Notes under the pieces: generated by a model
Databases searched by the model: none
Told to the model about the DNA's origin: nothing
What the model saw: the letters and a program-made list of their open reading frames with translations, nothing else
In this document: positions 1 to 8,797 of the stretch, in pieces
Position numbering within the stretch: position 1 is the stretch's first letter
Layout of the letters: the number at the start of each line of letters is the position of its first letter
Source: an uncultured archaeon
GTDB taxonomy: Archaea > Asgardarchaeota > Thorarchaeia > Thorarchaeales > Thorarchaeaceae
DNA: 32,000 nt
NCBI GenBank assembly: GCA_964648855.1
Contig: CAZYLT010000014.1
Coordinates: forward strand, 2,400 to 34,399
Direction: 5' to 3'
Made by a program: the position numbers and the translations under genes

Positions 1-951
1 AATCAGAGCATTTTGTTTTCCATTGGATATGTCTTGGAAACGGTGAAACTGCCTGAAGAAGCGAAAATGAAGATCCGAGAGGCGATTTGGGAGATAAGAA
101 GAGGATCGAGGATGATATCCAATCTTCGCAAACTCAATCAACTTAGGAACCATCCTTCCAAACGCGAGGCTGTAGACTTAGTATCATGCATGCGAAACGT
201 GGTTTCACAAATACAGGACCAGATAATATACAAAGAGGTCGAGATTTCTCTTGAAGGTAGTCTTGAGGGTTTGAATGTATACGCTAATGAGAACCTCGAT
301 GATGTATTCTTTAATGTAATCGAAAATTCAATTATTCATGACCCTCATGCAACATCAGATGTCAGAATCAAAATCAAGAAGCAGAATCAGAGAGGAAGAG
401 TTAGGGTCGAGATTGAAGATCAAGGTCCAGGAATATCTGACAATCTTAAGCCAATTATATTCAATAGGACGGGGTTTCTAGAGGGTCACGAGGGGGGAAG
501 AGGTCTAGGTCTAACGTTAGTTCATGAGATTGTTCAAAGCATTGGTGGAGATATTTGGATAGAAGATCGAGTGGAAGGCAAATCTTCTCTTGGAACCCGT
601 GTTATTTTTGAACTGGACCTTTGGGATGAAGATAAAGCGCTAGAATGTGACCTTGATTCGTGCATTTCATTTTATATGTCCAATCATTGCCTATTTTGTG
701 AGCCGTCCTTGGACAATTTGAAACGCGCGCTGGAACACTTTGGAATTAGCCCATCTGCAATTGAAATCATCAATGTCGATGATCCGTCGGCAAAACTGAG
801 TCGGACAGACATATCCGTGTTGCCATTAACAAGGATATGCGACAAAGAAATCACTGGTCTGGCGGATCCGGCAATGATACACGAAGCAGTAGTGGCATTG
901 ATGCTAAAGCAATGTGCAAGTTTAACCTGGTTACGAAATCCTCATGAATGA
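1..951 (+). CDS. Sensor histidine kinase (5'-truncated): end of HisKA, HATPase_c, and a C-terminal thioredoxin/KaiB-like CxxC domain
   Basis: Frame is open from base 1 (NQSILFSIGY). N-box NVIENSIIH, G1 EDQGPGI, G2 GGRGLGL, then an extra ~100 aa with FYMSNHCLFC...IEIINVD...VLP. Confidence 0.88.
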   Translation, partial: NQSILFSIGYVLETVKLPEEAKMKIREAIWEIRRGSRMISNLRKLNQLRNHPSKREAVDLVSCMRNVVSQIQDQIIYKEVEISLEGSLEGLNVYANENLDDVFFNVIENSIIHDPHATSDVRIKIKKQNQRGRVRVEIEDQGPGISDNLKPIIFNRTGFLEGHEGGRGLGLTLVHEIVQSIGGDIWIEDRVEGKSSLGTRVIFELDLWDEDKALECDLDSCISFYMSNHCLFCEPSLDNLKRALEHFGISPSAIEIINVDDPSAKLSRTDISVLPLTRICDKEITGLADPAMIHEAVVALMLKQCASLTWLRNPHE

Positions 952-997
952 TAGCAAGATTAATTCGGGAATTATGACATCAACCTAATCGATTGCA

Positions 998-1945
998 ATG
1001 ACGGGCTTTGGCATTCAGATTGAACCGCAGTTTGGTTTTGAGTTCGATGAAATCGTGGAACTAGCTGACTTGGCACTGAAGAATGAATTTGCTACTCTTT
1101 GGTTCTCTGATCATTTCATGTTGAATAAAGACGCAACAGACCGCGTTTTGCTTGATCCTTGGATTGCCATGGCCGCCCTTACTCAGCTCAACAAGCAAGT
1201 CAGAATTGGTAGCCTTGTATTCTGCAATAGCTATCGGCAACCTCCATTGCATGCAAAAATGGGTGCGACACTAGACTACATCTCCGATGGTAGACTAGAA
1301 TTTGGTATCGGTGCCGGTTGGAAGAAATTGGAGTATAATGCATATGGAATCCCCTTTCGCGACGATTCAATTAGAATAGCACAGCTCGCGGAGGCCATTC
1401 AAATCATCAGAGGCATATGGACTGAAGAGAGGTTCTCAATGAGTGGACAATATTACGAAGTACAAGAGGTCGTGTCATATCCAAAACCAGTTCGAAAACC
1501 AAATCCGACAATTTGGGTTGGTACAATGAAGGCAGGTCCTAAGATGCTTGATGTGGCAGCTGAATCCGGGGATGGAATCAACATTGCTTGGTCATTTACC
1601 CCAGACGATACTAAGGATGTCTTTGAACGATTGGATGAGAAACTGGATACGCACGACAGAAATCCTGATGAGTTTCAACGTTCTGTTGGGCTTTGGACAC
1701 ATATTTTTGAAAATGATAAGCAGATGGAAGAGGCCATCAGAGAGAATGCAAAACAGAGAGGGATGAGTCAAAAAGAATACCGCGAACGTGTAAAATCCGC
1801 TCTTTGGGGTACTCCCGAAACTGTCTTAGAATCTATCCAAGAGTATATTGAACTTGGCTGTGACCAACTGATATTCATGTTTCCACACGAGGGGGAGGAA
1901 GAACAGATTGAGCTGATGGGCAGGCTGGTTTTGTCCAAGCTTTGA
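998..1945 (+). CDS. LLM-class (luciferase-like) probably F420-dependent oxidoreductase
   Basis: Motifs WFSDHF, DPW, RIGSLV, GATLDYISDGRLEFGIGAGW and PKP...PTIWVG. Confidence 0.9.
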   Translation: MTGFGIQIEPQFGFEFDEIVELADLALKNEFATLWFSDHFMLNKDATDRVLLDPWIAMAALTQLNKQVRIGSLVFCNSYRQPPLHAKMGATLDYISDGRLEFGIGAGWKKLEYNAYGIPFRDDSIRIAQLAEAIQIIRGIWTEERFSMSGQYYEVQEVVSYPKPVRKPNPTIWVGTMKAGPKMLDVAAESGDGINIAWSFTPDDTKDVFERLDEKLDTHDRNPDEFQRSVGLWTHIFENDKQMEEAIRENAKQRGMSQKEYRERVKSALWGTPETVLESIQEYIELGCDQLIFMFPHEGEEEQIELMGRLVLSKL

Positions 1946-1981
1946 CTGCAAGAACTCCAAGCAGGAGGGAAACCCTCCTTA

Positions 1982-2359
1982 CTAGAAGTGCATCGTACGA
2001 TCATATGTGAGCGTGTCATCCACCATAGTAGCTGCACCGGCTATGGTGATTCTATTATCCCGGAATTGATCTGATGTTAGCCCTCTGAATTCAGCGGAAT
2101 TTGAACATACCTCGATCTTGCCCCCTTCCTCAAGGAATGTATCTATGAGATCGGGCAATGGTGGAAAGCCTGGAGCACGGATTTTCTCAGCAACGCCTTT
2201 TTTCACAAGCCAGACTGCATCCATCATCAAGAAGATCTTTGCTTCCACTTCTTGAGCTTGAGCCGTTGTGCCTGTTACAAAAGGGGCATAGCAGCGTTCA
2301 GCCGCTTCAGGACCCCATTGTGCGATTATATATATCGAGTTATTACTGCTTTTTTCCAT
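1982..2359 (-). CDS. DsrE/DsrF-like family protein (sulfur relay/peroxiredoxin-like)
   Basis: ERCYAPF, IFLMMDAVWL, GGKIEVCSNS, IAGAAT; 125 aa. Confidence 0.85.
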   Translation of the reverse strand: MEKSSNNSIYIIAQWGPEAAERCYAPFVTGTTAQAQEVEAKIFLMMDAVWLVKKGVAEKIRAPGFPPLPDLIDTFLEEGGKIEVCSNSAEFRGLTSDQFRDNRITIAGAATMVDDTLTYDRTMHF

Positions 2360-2373
2360 AATTTTTCATCTCC

Positions 2374-2781
2374 TCACATTATTGCTGCAATATCCACATA
2401 ATAGATGACCATCGCAAGAGCCAGAAACATTGTTACCAACAGATTAGTAATGTGTGAGCTGTGTATTGGAGCCCCTTGCATAGTCTTCATTAGAATCGGC
2501 AGGACTTGGATAAATTCCATCAGGGTTGCTAGAAGGATTAGGACAAAGTCAACCAATACTATCAGATGCAGCAGGTCGAATAATACTGGTACTGCCGGGA
2601 ACAGAAAGACACCAAATACTAGTCCAACTAGTCCTGCAAACATTGCTAACATCAACGCCATTACTTGTGTCATTAGATACATTCCCATTCGCCTCGCCAA
2701 CATAAAACCTGAAAACATTGCGCTTACGTTCAATGCAAAGAGGACGAATAGAAGTAGTTGGTATACCGCCATCTCATTCAC
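2374..2781 (-). CDS. Hypothetical membrane protein (~4 TM helices)
   Basis: Four long hydrophobic segments; 14 bp upstream of the DsrE gene on the same strand. Confidence 0.7.
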   Translation of the reverse strand: MNEMAVYQLLLFVLFALNVSAMFSGFMLARRMGMYLMTQVMALMLAMFAGLVGLVFGVFLFPAVPVLFDLLHLIVLVDFVLILLATLMEFIQVLPILMKTMQGAPIHSSHITNLLVTMFLALAMVIYYVDIAAIM

Positions 2782-2951
2782 CTAGACTTTAATTAACTAT
2801 AGATAATGCCACTGATAAATGTGTTGGAAAGACAAAAAGAGGTTTGAATATAAGTTGCATTTTGTAATCATATCGTGTATTGATGAACGAATAGGTAAAT
2901 GAAAACCCATAAAAAACAAACGAACCTCATCTTGGTACTAGTTGATATCCT

Positions 2952-3191
2952 ATGAAAGAACATCAAGTTGCCAGGGAGTTTGACGCAAGCGGTTTGCGAT
3001 GCCCTATGCCGATTCTCAAGACAAAGAAGGAAATGAAGGAAATCGAAGTTGGAGAGATACTGAAGGTAATTGCAACGGATATTGGTACCAAGAAAGATTT
3101 TCCAGCATGGGCTGACCGCACTGGCAATGAGATCCTCGAACTGCGAGAGGAAGATGATAAGCTGGTCTGGTTCTTGAAGCGCAAGAAGTAG
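2952..3191 (+). CDS. tusA: Sulfurtransferase TusA/SirA family protein
   Basis: DASGLRCPMP signature, GEILKVIATD...DFPAWADRTGNE; 79 aa. Confidence 0.92.
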   Translation: MKEHQVAREFDASGLRCPMPILKTKKEMKEIEVGEILKVIATDIGTKKDFPAWADRTGNEILELREEDDKLVWFLKRKK

Positions 3192-3313
3192 CAGCGAACA
3201 AGTGAATTATTCTAGAAAAATCAGGTGTTCATCCGCTGATCATTTAGTTTGAAGTCAATCTGAGGGCATTGACAAGTAGCATCTCAAGATTTGAATCGCT
3301 GGTATGAGAGACA

Positions 3314-4123
3314 CTAATTCGAATTGGTATTACTGAGTATGGAGTCCAGTTTCTGCTTGAGCCCTTTTAGTTCTTCAATTGCCGGCCCAGTTTCAGCCAT
3401 ATCCAGCGGTGCCATTGCCTTAAGGTCAGCTGACTTGAGTCTTCGGTCAAACGGGATATATGCAAGGACTTTGATTCCATGCTCGGATGCGTATTGCTCA
3501 ATGATTCTCCTATCCGATTCTCCGTCTACTCTATTAGCAACAGCAAATACTCTATCGGTCCCAATGTCTTCGGCTAGCTTTTTTATTCTACCAAGGGTTT
3601 CCAGAGAACGTCTCCCGGGTTCTACTACAACTAACAGAGCATCCATTCCCTTTGTTGTTCCTCTTCCCATGTTTTCAATTCCTGCATCCATATCCATGAC
3701 CAAGGCTTCATCCTGCTGGAGGGCAAGATGCTGAATTAGGGATTTGAGCAGTGCTGCAGAAGGACACATGCAGCCTGAGTCTCCCATGGTCACCGTGCCA
3801 GCAACGAGCAACCTTACATTGTCTGGTCCATCGACTGCGAATTTGTCCGCAATGTCATCTACCTGTGGATTCAATGCAAAATAGTCACCTAGAACTCTCA
3901 CAATCTTGCTACGGGTCCTGTCTTGTACCAAGCTTTCGTCATTCAGTAATGGTACAATTCTCGAAGCACGGTTCTCTTCTATGCCAATCACTGACCAGAG
4001 ATTATAGTTAGGATCTGCATCAACAGCGAGGACATTGTTGCCATCGCGCCCTATCAATCTAGCAAGCGTTCCAGCCACTGTTGTCTTTCCAACGCCGCCC
4101 TTTCCAACTACTGCTAGCTTCAT
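3314..4123 (-). CDS. cooC: CooC/AcsF-type nickel-insertion ATPase (CODH/ACS maturation)
   Basis: Deviant Walker A GKGGVGKT, DADP, metal-binding GCMCP, DMDAGIENMGRGT. Confidence 0.88.
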   Translation of the reverse strand: MKLAVVGKGGVGKTTVAGTLARLIGRDGNNVLAVDADPNYNLWSVIGIEENRASRIVPLLNDESLVQDRTRSKIVRVLGDYFALNPQVDDIADKFAVDGPDNVRLLVAGTVTMGDSGCMCPSAALLKSLIQHLALQQDEALVMDMDAGIENMGRGTTKGMDALLVVVEPGRRSLETLGRIKKLAEDIGTDRVFAVANRVDGESDRRIIEQYASEHGIKVLAYIPFDRRLKSADLKAMAPLDMAETGPAIEELKGLKQKLDSILSNTNSN

Positions 4124-4285
4124 GGTTGATCCATCGAATAGTGACCAGTAATGAAGCTTATGTTATTCGAACATTAGACAGACTGACTCCTTGAAGCCTA
4201 AGAACGAATCATGCGAAGTTGTATTTCTCGTCTGAAACAGACATCTTAATATGGCGAGTAGAAAGGGGGAGATATAGTGTTGATA

Positions 4286-4681
4286 ATGGGCGTAATCGGC
4301 CATATTTCCAGTCTTCTTGATGCAATTGACATACAGCACACACAAGATGAAAATGTCCTTACAATGCGATGGCGAACAGACCACTTTGAGGATTTGAAGG
4401 TCAAGGTGGTCACGAATGCTGATGAATCATGGGTCTACATAGTGGCACCATTTACGAACTTCTATCAGGTAGATGAGGATGAAAGAACAGAGCTGGCTAT
4501 TGACATGCTTCGAGAGTCTTGGAAGGTTAATGGCGTGAAGTTCGCTATTGATGAAGAAGACGATATCATTGTTCTAGCTGAAACTAATGATACTAATATA
4601 ACCTCCGAGGAAATCAAGATACTGATCGGTCATGTTGTCAATGCATGTGATACTCTCTGGAGGATTTATCCGTCAGAGTGA
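4286..4681 (+). CDS. YbjN/T3SS-chaperone-like fold protein
   Basis: Acidic ~130 aa with the pattern MLRESWKVNGVKFAIDEEDDIIV typical of YbjN/CesT-like proteins. Start chosen at ATG 4286 (ORF opens at 4277). Confidence 0.6.
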   Translation: MGVIGHISSLLDAIDIQHTQDENVLTMRWRTDHFEDLKVKVVTNADESWVYIVAPFTNFYQVDEDERTELAIDMLRESWKVNGVKFAIDEEDDIIVLAETNDTNITSEEIKILIGHVVNACDTLWRIYPSE

Positions 4682-4764
4682 GTTTCGAACTGTCATGGTT
4701 TTGCTAATCAAGCAGAGAACCAGACCTTAAATGAGAAAATGCAATAACCGATGATGTGTGATAA

Positions 4765-5310
4765 ATGAGTGGTGTAGAAAAACCCGAATCTGTTCAAAGA
4801 GAGCAGCTAATTACTACGTTTCGTCCCAAAAGGATTTCTTCTCTATTCAACTACATATCTGGTGCTATCTTTATCGCTGTTGGATTAGTGTTCATGATTG
4901 GCAGTTCTGCAGGTTTCGTTGCATTTAGCTTCATCGCTTGGTCCTTAGGACTTGGTGCCATTGCTTTTGGTTCTGTCTTTATGATATGGACTGAACTAAA
5001 ACGAAGAAGCACATTATATATTATCACAGACTGGAACGTCAGAGTGAGAACTGGTTATCTTAACAAGACAACTCGCAGAGCGTTTTATGACGATATCGAC
5101 ACAGTTGAAGTTGAAACTGATGCCCAAGATGAGATAGCAGACCAAGGAAGATTAGAAATCTATGCGGAAGGTGAAGATGAACCTGTTCTCTCATTGGATG
5201 ATGTCGAGAATCCTTATGGAATTCGAGAGATCATCCTGAGGTTCAAAGAAACCACTAAAGATCCTGTCCCATGGAATCATATTGAGAAAACTCAAATTGC
5301 TCCATATTAG
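4765..5310 (+). CDS. Membrane protein with bacterial PH domain (bPH_2-like)
   Basis: Two TM helices, then YIITDWNVRVRTGYLNKTTRRAFYDDIDTVEV...GRLEI...LDDVENP. Confidence 0.75.
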   Translation: MSGVEKPESVQREQLITTFRPKRISSLFNYISGAIFIAVGLVFMIGSSAGFVAFSFIAWSLGLGAIAFGSVFMIWTELKRRSTLYIITDWNVRVRTGYLNKTTRRAFYDDIDTVEVETDAQDEIADQGRLEIYAEGEDEPVLSLDDVENPYGIREIILRFKETTKDPVPWNHIEKTQIAPY

Positions 5311-6479
5311 AAACGAGGGTAGGCAACCAGTGGTTCGAGAGGGAGTATAGATTCGAGCTTTTGAGCCACTTCCTCAGAGGAAGATATTTCCTGCAAAGAA
5401 TACAACTGGTTCACGGAATTGAATCCTGATACTACCTTTGACAATTGAAAATCACTAAGAACTATGTCCGGATTTTCATCAACACGTTCAGCTTCAAGCT
5501 TTCCTTGTGAAGGGGTTATCTTGTAAATCCCACTATTCCAGGGACAATTTTCGTCTTCGAGCTCTATCACCACGCTCTCAGTAGCATCTTTTGGTACTTT
5601 AACCTGGGCACAATACCCTTGGAAATCAACTAATCGAATCATCATTCTCCCTTCCACGGTGGTTGTCAGATCATCACTATCAATAATGAAATTCCTGATT
5701 GGGAATGACGGGTCGGTTATCATCTCAATTTGACTAACATTGGTTGCATATTTGTATATTAGATTCATCAGTGAAAGGATATATCTCTCGTGAACGTAGG
5801 CAATTGTATCCGCATGAAGTTTCCTTTTACCATTTTTCATCTCGCTGAATGAAAAACGTACCATGGCAACTGTTACGTCTCCATCTCTAATAGCATAAAG
5901 ATGATTCTTCTTGATATACGTCTGCAGCCACCTCTCTGAGTGAAAGACTCTCGCGCCGTATCGACCCATTGACTGCTGAACCTGCATCAGTTCTGAGCAG
6001 TCGTCATCTTCTTCCATTTGATGGAAGGTCACCCCTTTGTTCTCATGTACAAACCTGAGTAATCCTCTGGTCATTAGATGCCTTTCAAATCGCTCAGCTT
6101 TCGCATATCCAAATTTCTCATAGAATGGGATATAGAATGGGTCTAGTATTGAGAATACCAGTTTCTCTTCTCTCATGCGCTGAAAAGCCGCTTTCATCAA
6201 CTTCCGTACCAATCCCTGATATCTATACTTAGGAGCCGTAGCAACTCCCCATACGCCTGCAATCGGTAGCTCAACCCCTCGAATTGAATTATCGAAGTGT
6301 GAAAATGATGCGGTTGCCACAGGCTTCTTATCCCGTTCTGCAACATACGACCAGTTCTTTTTCTCAGGTGTATTCCAGTAAGGGACTTCTTCTACTTCGC
6401 CTAGAACGTTAAAGGACTTCCAGAATAGCTTGTAGATTTCTTCTCTATCTTCATTCCGAGCTTCTCGAATCAGCGACAT
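5307..6479 (-). CDS. Eis-like GNAT acetyltransferase with C-terminal SCP2-like domain
   Basis: GVWGVATAPKYRYQGLVRKLM acetyl-CoA motif, LDPFYIPFYEKFGY, DENCPWNSG; 390 aa. Confidence 0.88.
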   Translation of the reverse strand: MSLIREARNEDREEIYKLFWKSFNVLGEVEEVPYWNTPEKKNWSYVAERDKKPVATASFSHFDNSIRGVELPIAGVWGVATAPKYRYQGLVRKLMKAAFQRMREEKLVFSILDPFYIPFYEKFGYAKAERFERHLMTRGLLRFVHENKGVTFHQMEEDDDCSELMQVQQSMGRYGARVFHSERWLQTYIKKNHLYAIRDGDVTVAMVRFSFSEMKNGKRKLHADTIAYVHERYILSLMNLIYKYATNVSQIEMITDPSFPIRNFIIDSDDLTTTVEGRMMIRLVDFQGYCAQVKVPKDATESVVIELEDENCPWNSGIYKITPSQGKLEAERVDENPDIVLSDFQLSKVVSGFNSVNQLYSLQEISSSEEVAQKLESILPLEPLVAYPRF

Positions 6480-6620
6480 AAATTAGTCAAAATAGCAAGT
6501 CATTCAAAAACGTAGGCATATGTGATAAAATAGCACGGGCATTGGTTGGATGCTAGCGAGTCATACGCAGGCAACACTAGCTCTAATCTTTTGTGCCTAG
6601 TTTGGTATCCTGTGGTTTCA

Positions 6621-7295
6621 ATGGGAACTGCAGATGAAACAGCAGCTAAACTAACGCTCAAGATGGCAGGAGTCTTTCAAGAAGTTCGTGATATTTGGGT
6701 GTCCAGACTCGACGCCTACTTTTCCCAACTAGGTCAGCTGATTGAAGGGCAATGGTTTGATGCTTCAGATATGAACGGAATCATCAAGGAATCGCACATG
6801 GCAGCAAAAGAAGCTCTTGACGGATTAGCCAATGACCTCAGTACCGAATTAGTTCATTCATCTTCAGGATCATTTGGCAGATTTGAGTCAGAGCGGGCTT
6901 GTCTCGTTGAAGAGATTAATGATTTGAGGTCAACGCTTTCTACCTACATGCAAAAAGATGAAAACGCTGTTCTCAGACAGAATCTTCTGCTTCGAGATGC
7001 CATCTTTTCTGTGAGCCAGTTTAGGATACTGGAAGTAATCCGGGGTCTAGGAAATACCACCTACAAGGAAGTATCTGAAGAGTCAGGCGTTAGCATTGGT
7101 AAGACTCGGAAGCATGTCAAAGGATTGCGGAAAAAGGGTTACGTTGAGATTGACAAAAACACACGGCCACACTCTATCAGTTTTCTATCTGCTCCGTGGG
7201 GAAAAGGGTCTCCCACGGCATCTGGTGATACGCTTAGCATACCCAATTCAAAATACCATCAGCACTATTTCGAGAATGTTGGTACATCTGAATAG
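6621..7295 (+). CDS. Helical/coiled-coil protein with C-terminal winged-helix DNA-binding domain
   Basis: FRILEVIRGLGNTTYKEVSEESGVSIGKTRKHVKGLRKKGYVEI is a wHTH pattern. ATG 6621 preferred over TTG 6546. Confidence 0.65.
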   Translation: MGTADETAAKLTLKMAGVFQEVRDIWVSRLDAYFSQLGQLIEGQWFDASDMNGIIKESHMAAKEALDGLANDLSTELVHSSSGSFGRFESERACLVEEINDLRSTLSTYMQKDENAVLRQNLLLRDAIFSVSQFRILEVIRGLGNTTYKEVSEESGVSIGKTRKHVKGLRKKGYVEIDKNTRPHSISFLSAPWGKGSPTASGDTLSIPNSKYHQHYFENVGTSE

Positions 7296-7371
7296 GGTAT
7301 TGAATACTGGGAGAAATCAATTGCTTCATATTCGAATGTGCGATAACAACGCACAGTTGTGGCTGGCATCG

Positions 7372-7950
7372 ATGAACGCTGAGAAGATTATAATCGGAAG
7401 TGTGATTGCGGCAATCGTAATTGTCGGACTGGTGATTGGATTCTCACTTGCTTCGTTTTCACCTAGTGATCAGGACACTGGCAGTGATTCAGAGGACTCG
7501 TCAAACCTCCAGACCGATGTTGACTTGATTGACAAAGAGCTGGAAGTACCAAATTGAGGTTTAATTATGTCTGACGGTGAGGTACTAGAACTCGAATCGC
7601 TTGAAAGCAAATTCATAGTGGTCGACCTCATGACATTTGGTTGTTCAGCCTGCGAACTACAGAATGATGAGTTTGAAACACTGATAGATGACCTGGGGGA
7701 CAATGTTCACGTGATTTCGCTAAATGTGGATGCCAGTGCCACGGCAGATCAAATGGCTGACTATAAGGAGGTCCGTTCACTAACTTGGCATCACGGACTG
7801 GATACAGATGGCGTATTTTCATCATATTTCAGTATAAGGTTCACACCCACACTCGTAATAATCGACGATGCGGGATACTTTAGAATGTACCACGAAGGCG
7901 TCTGGGAAAGTGACTCTATTCAAGAGCAAATAACATTGATGGATAGTTAG
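7372..7950 (+). pseudogene. Membrane-anchored TlpA/ResA-like redoxin interrupted by an in-frame TGA at 7555-7557 (nonsense mutation, sequencing error or recoding)
   Basis: N-terminal TM anchor, acidic linker and EVPN*GLIMSDGEVLELESLESKFIVVDLMTFGCSAC run in one frame; FTPTLVIID cis-Pro motif follows. ORFs 7096..7557 and 7567..7950 share the frame. Confidence 0.75.
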
Positions 7951-8006
7951 TTCATTTTACCCGTATTCGAAACGGAGTGTACAAGACAGACTAATATCGT
8001 TGCGGA

Positions 8007-8633
8007 TTAGGACACAGCGTTGGAAGAATCTATTTCTGATGAGTGAAGGTTGTCATAATCTTTGAACCCAGCAGCTATGCGTAAATCCTCAGGTATTATC
8101 CGATAGAAAACTCCTCCCCCAATTACATTCACAAGTGCCTGAATTACATTCCATGGTACATATAGCGCAGATGTCGTCATTGCTATTTCGAACGGGATGC
8201 CATAGAAAAGTGGAAGCAGAAACATGTTAGCTACGTACATTCCAGTGGCACAAAAGATGGATGATATGACTGCATAAATTCCCAATTTTTTGCCATAAGA
8301 AACATCTCTATTTCTTAGAAGAACCCATCCAACTGCAATCCCTAGAACCCTGAATGTTTCTGCGAGTCCTTTGAATGCAGCCCCTGGGAAATTTCGGAAT
8401 GCAATTGATGTCCACATTATTGCAATTGCAAACAAGGAATAGGCAAAACCAAAGGCCATGAATACTATAATGATAGGTATGCCTGTCCAATCAAGAGTGA
8501 AATTCAACCCTGGCACCTTTATATCAGTGATTCCGATAATTGGAAATGCTTCCAGTGAAACTATCATGGAGCAAAAAATCGCTAGAAGAGAAATACTCTT
8601 CGCATCTCTTCGTATTTTGATTGAAGGACCCAT
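8007..8633 (-). CDS. ECF transporter S-component-like membrane protein
   Basis: About 6 TM helices, FTLDWTGIPIII, ANMFLLPLFYG, PWNVIQALVN. Confidence 0.72.
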   Translation of the reverse strand: MGPSIKIRRDAKSISLLAIFCSMIVSLEAFPIIGITDIKVPGLNFTLDWTGIPIIIVFMAFGFAYSLFAIAIMWTSIAFRNFPGAAFKGLAETFRVLGIAVGWVLLRNRDVSYGKKLGIYAVISSIFCATGMYVANMFLLPLFYGIPFEIAMTTSALYVPWNVIQALVNVIGGGVFYRIIPEDLRIAAGFKDYDNLHSSEIDSSNAVS

Positions 8634-8797
8634 TTTCTGTCATTTCCTTGTTAATCTGCCACAAGTTACAGATTAGACCGATTCAGGAGCGACACATTCA
8701 GCTAATAAAAGACTCGCATATGATTAATTGTACAGGCATGTTCATGTGGAAATCCTTTTCAAACTGTGAGTACTGGAAACGAGGCAAGTGATTCGCC

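Noticed and set aside
2405-2785. Antisense and alternate-frame ORFs (e.g. 2405..2785, 3324..3734, 14515..14898, 15709..16140, 31386..31946)
   Set aside because: They are shadows of well-supported genes and show no motifs.
5307-5310. 4-bp overlaps of convergent genes (also 24488-24491)
   Set aside because: Ordinary stop-codon overlap in compact genomes.
7096-7371. 5' extension of ORF 7096..7557
   Set aside because: It overlaps the wHTH gene in another frame; the plausible protein begins at ATG 7372 with a TM anchor.
7951-8070. SECIS element for the TGA at 7555
   Set aside because: Only a tiny CCGT/ACGG hairpin and a short ATGA...GA stem inside the antisense ECF gene; neither fits SECIS geometry by eye.
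8634-8797. Riboswitch upstream of the ECF S-component or adenine deaminase
   Set aside because: No recognisable TPP, FMN, cobalamin or purine consensus; an Rfam scan would be needed.
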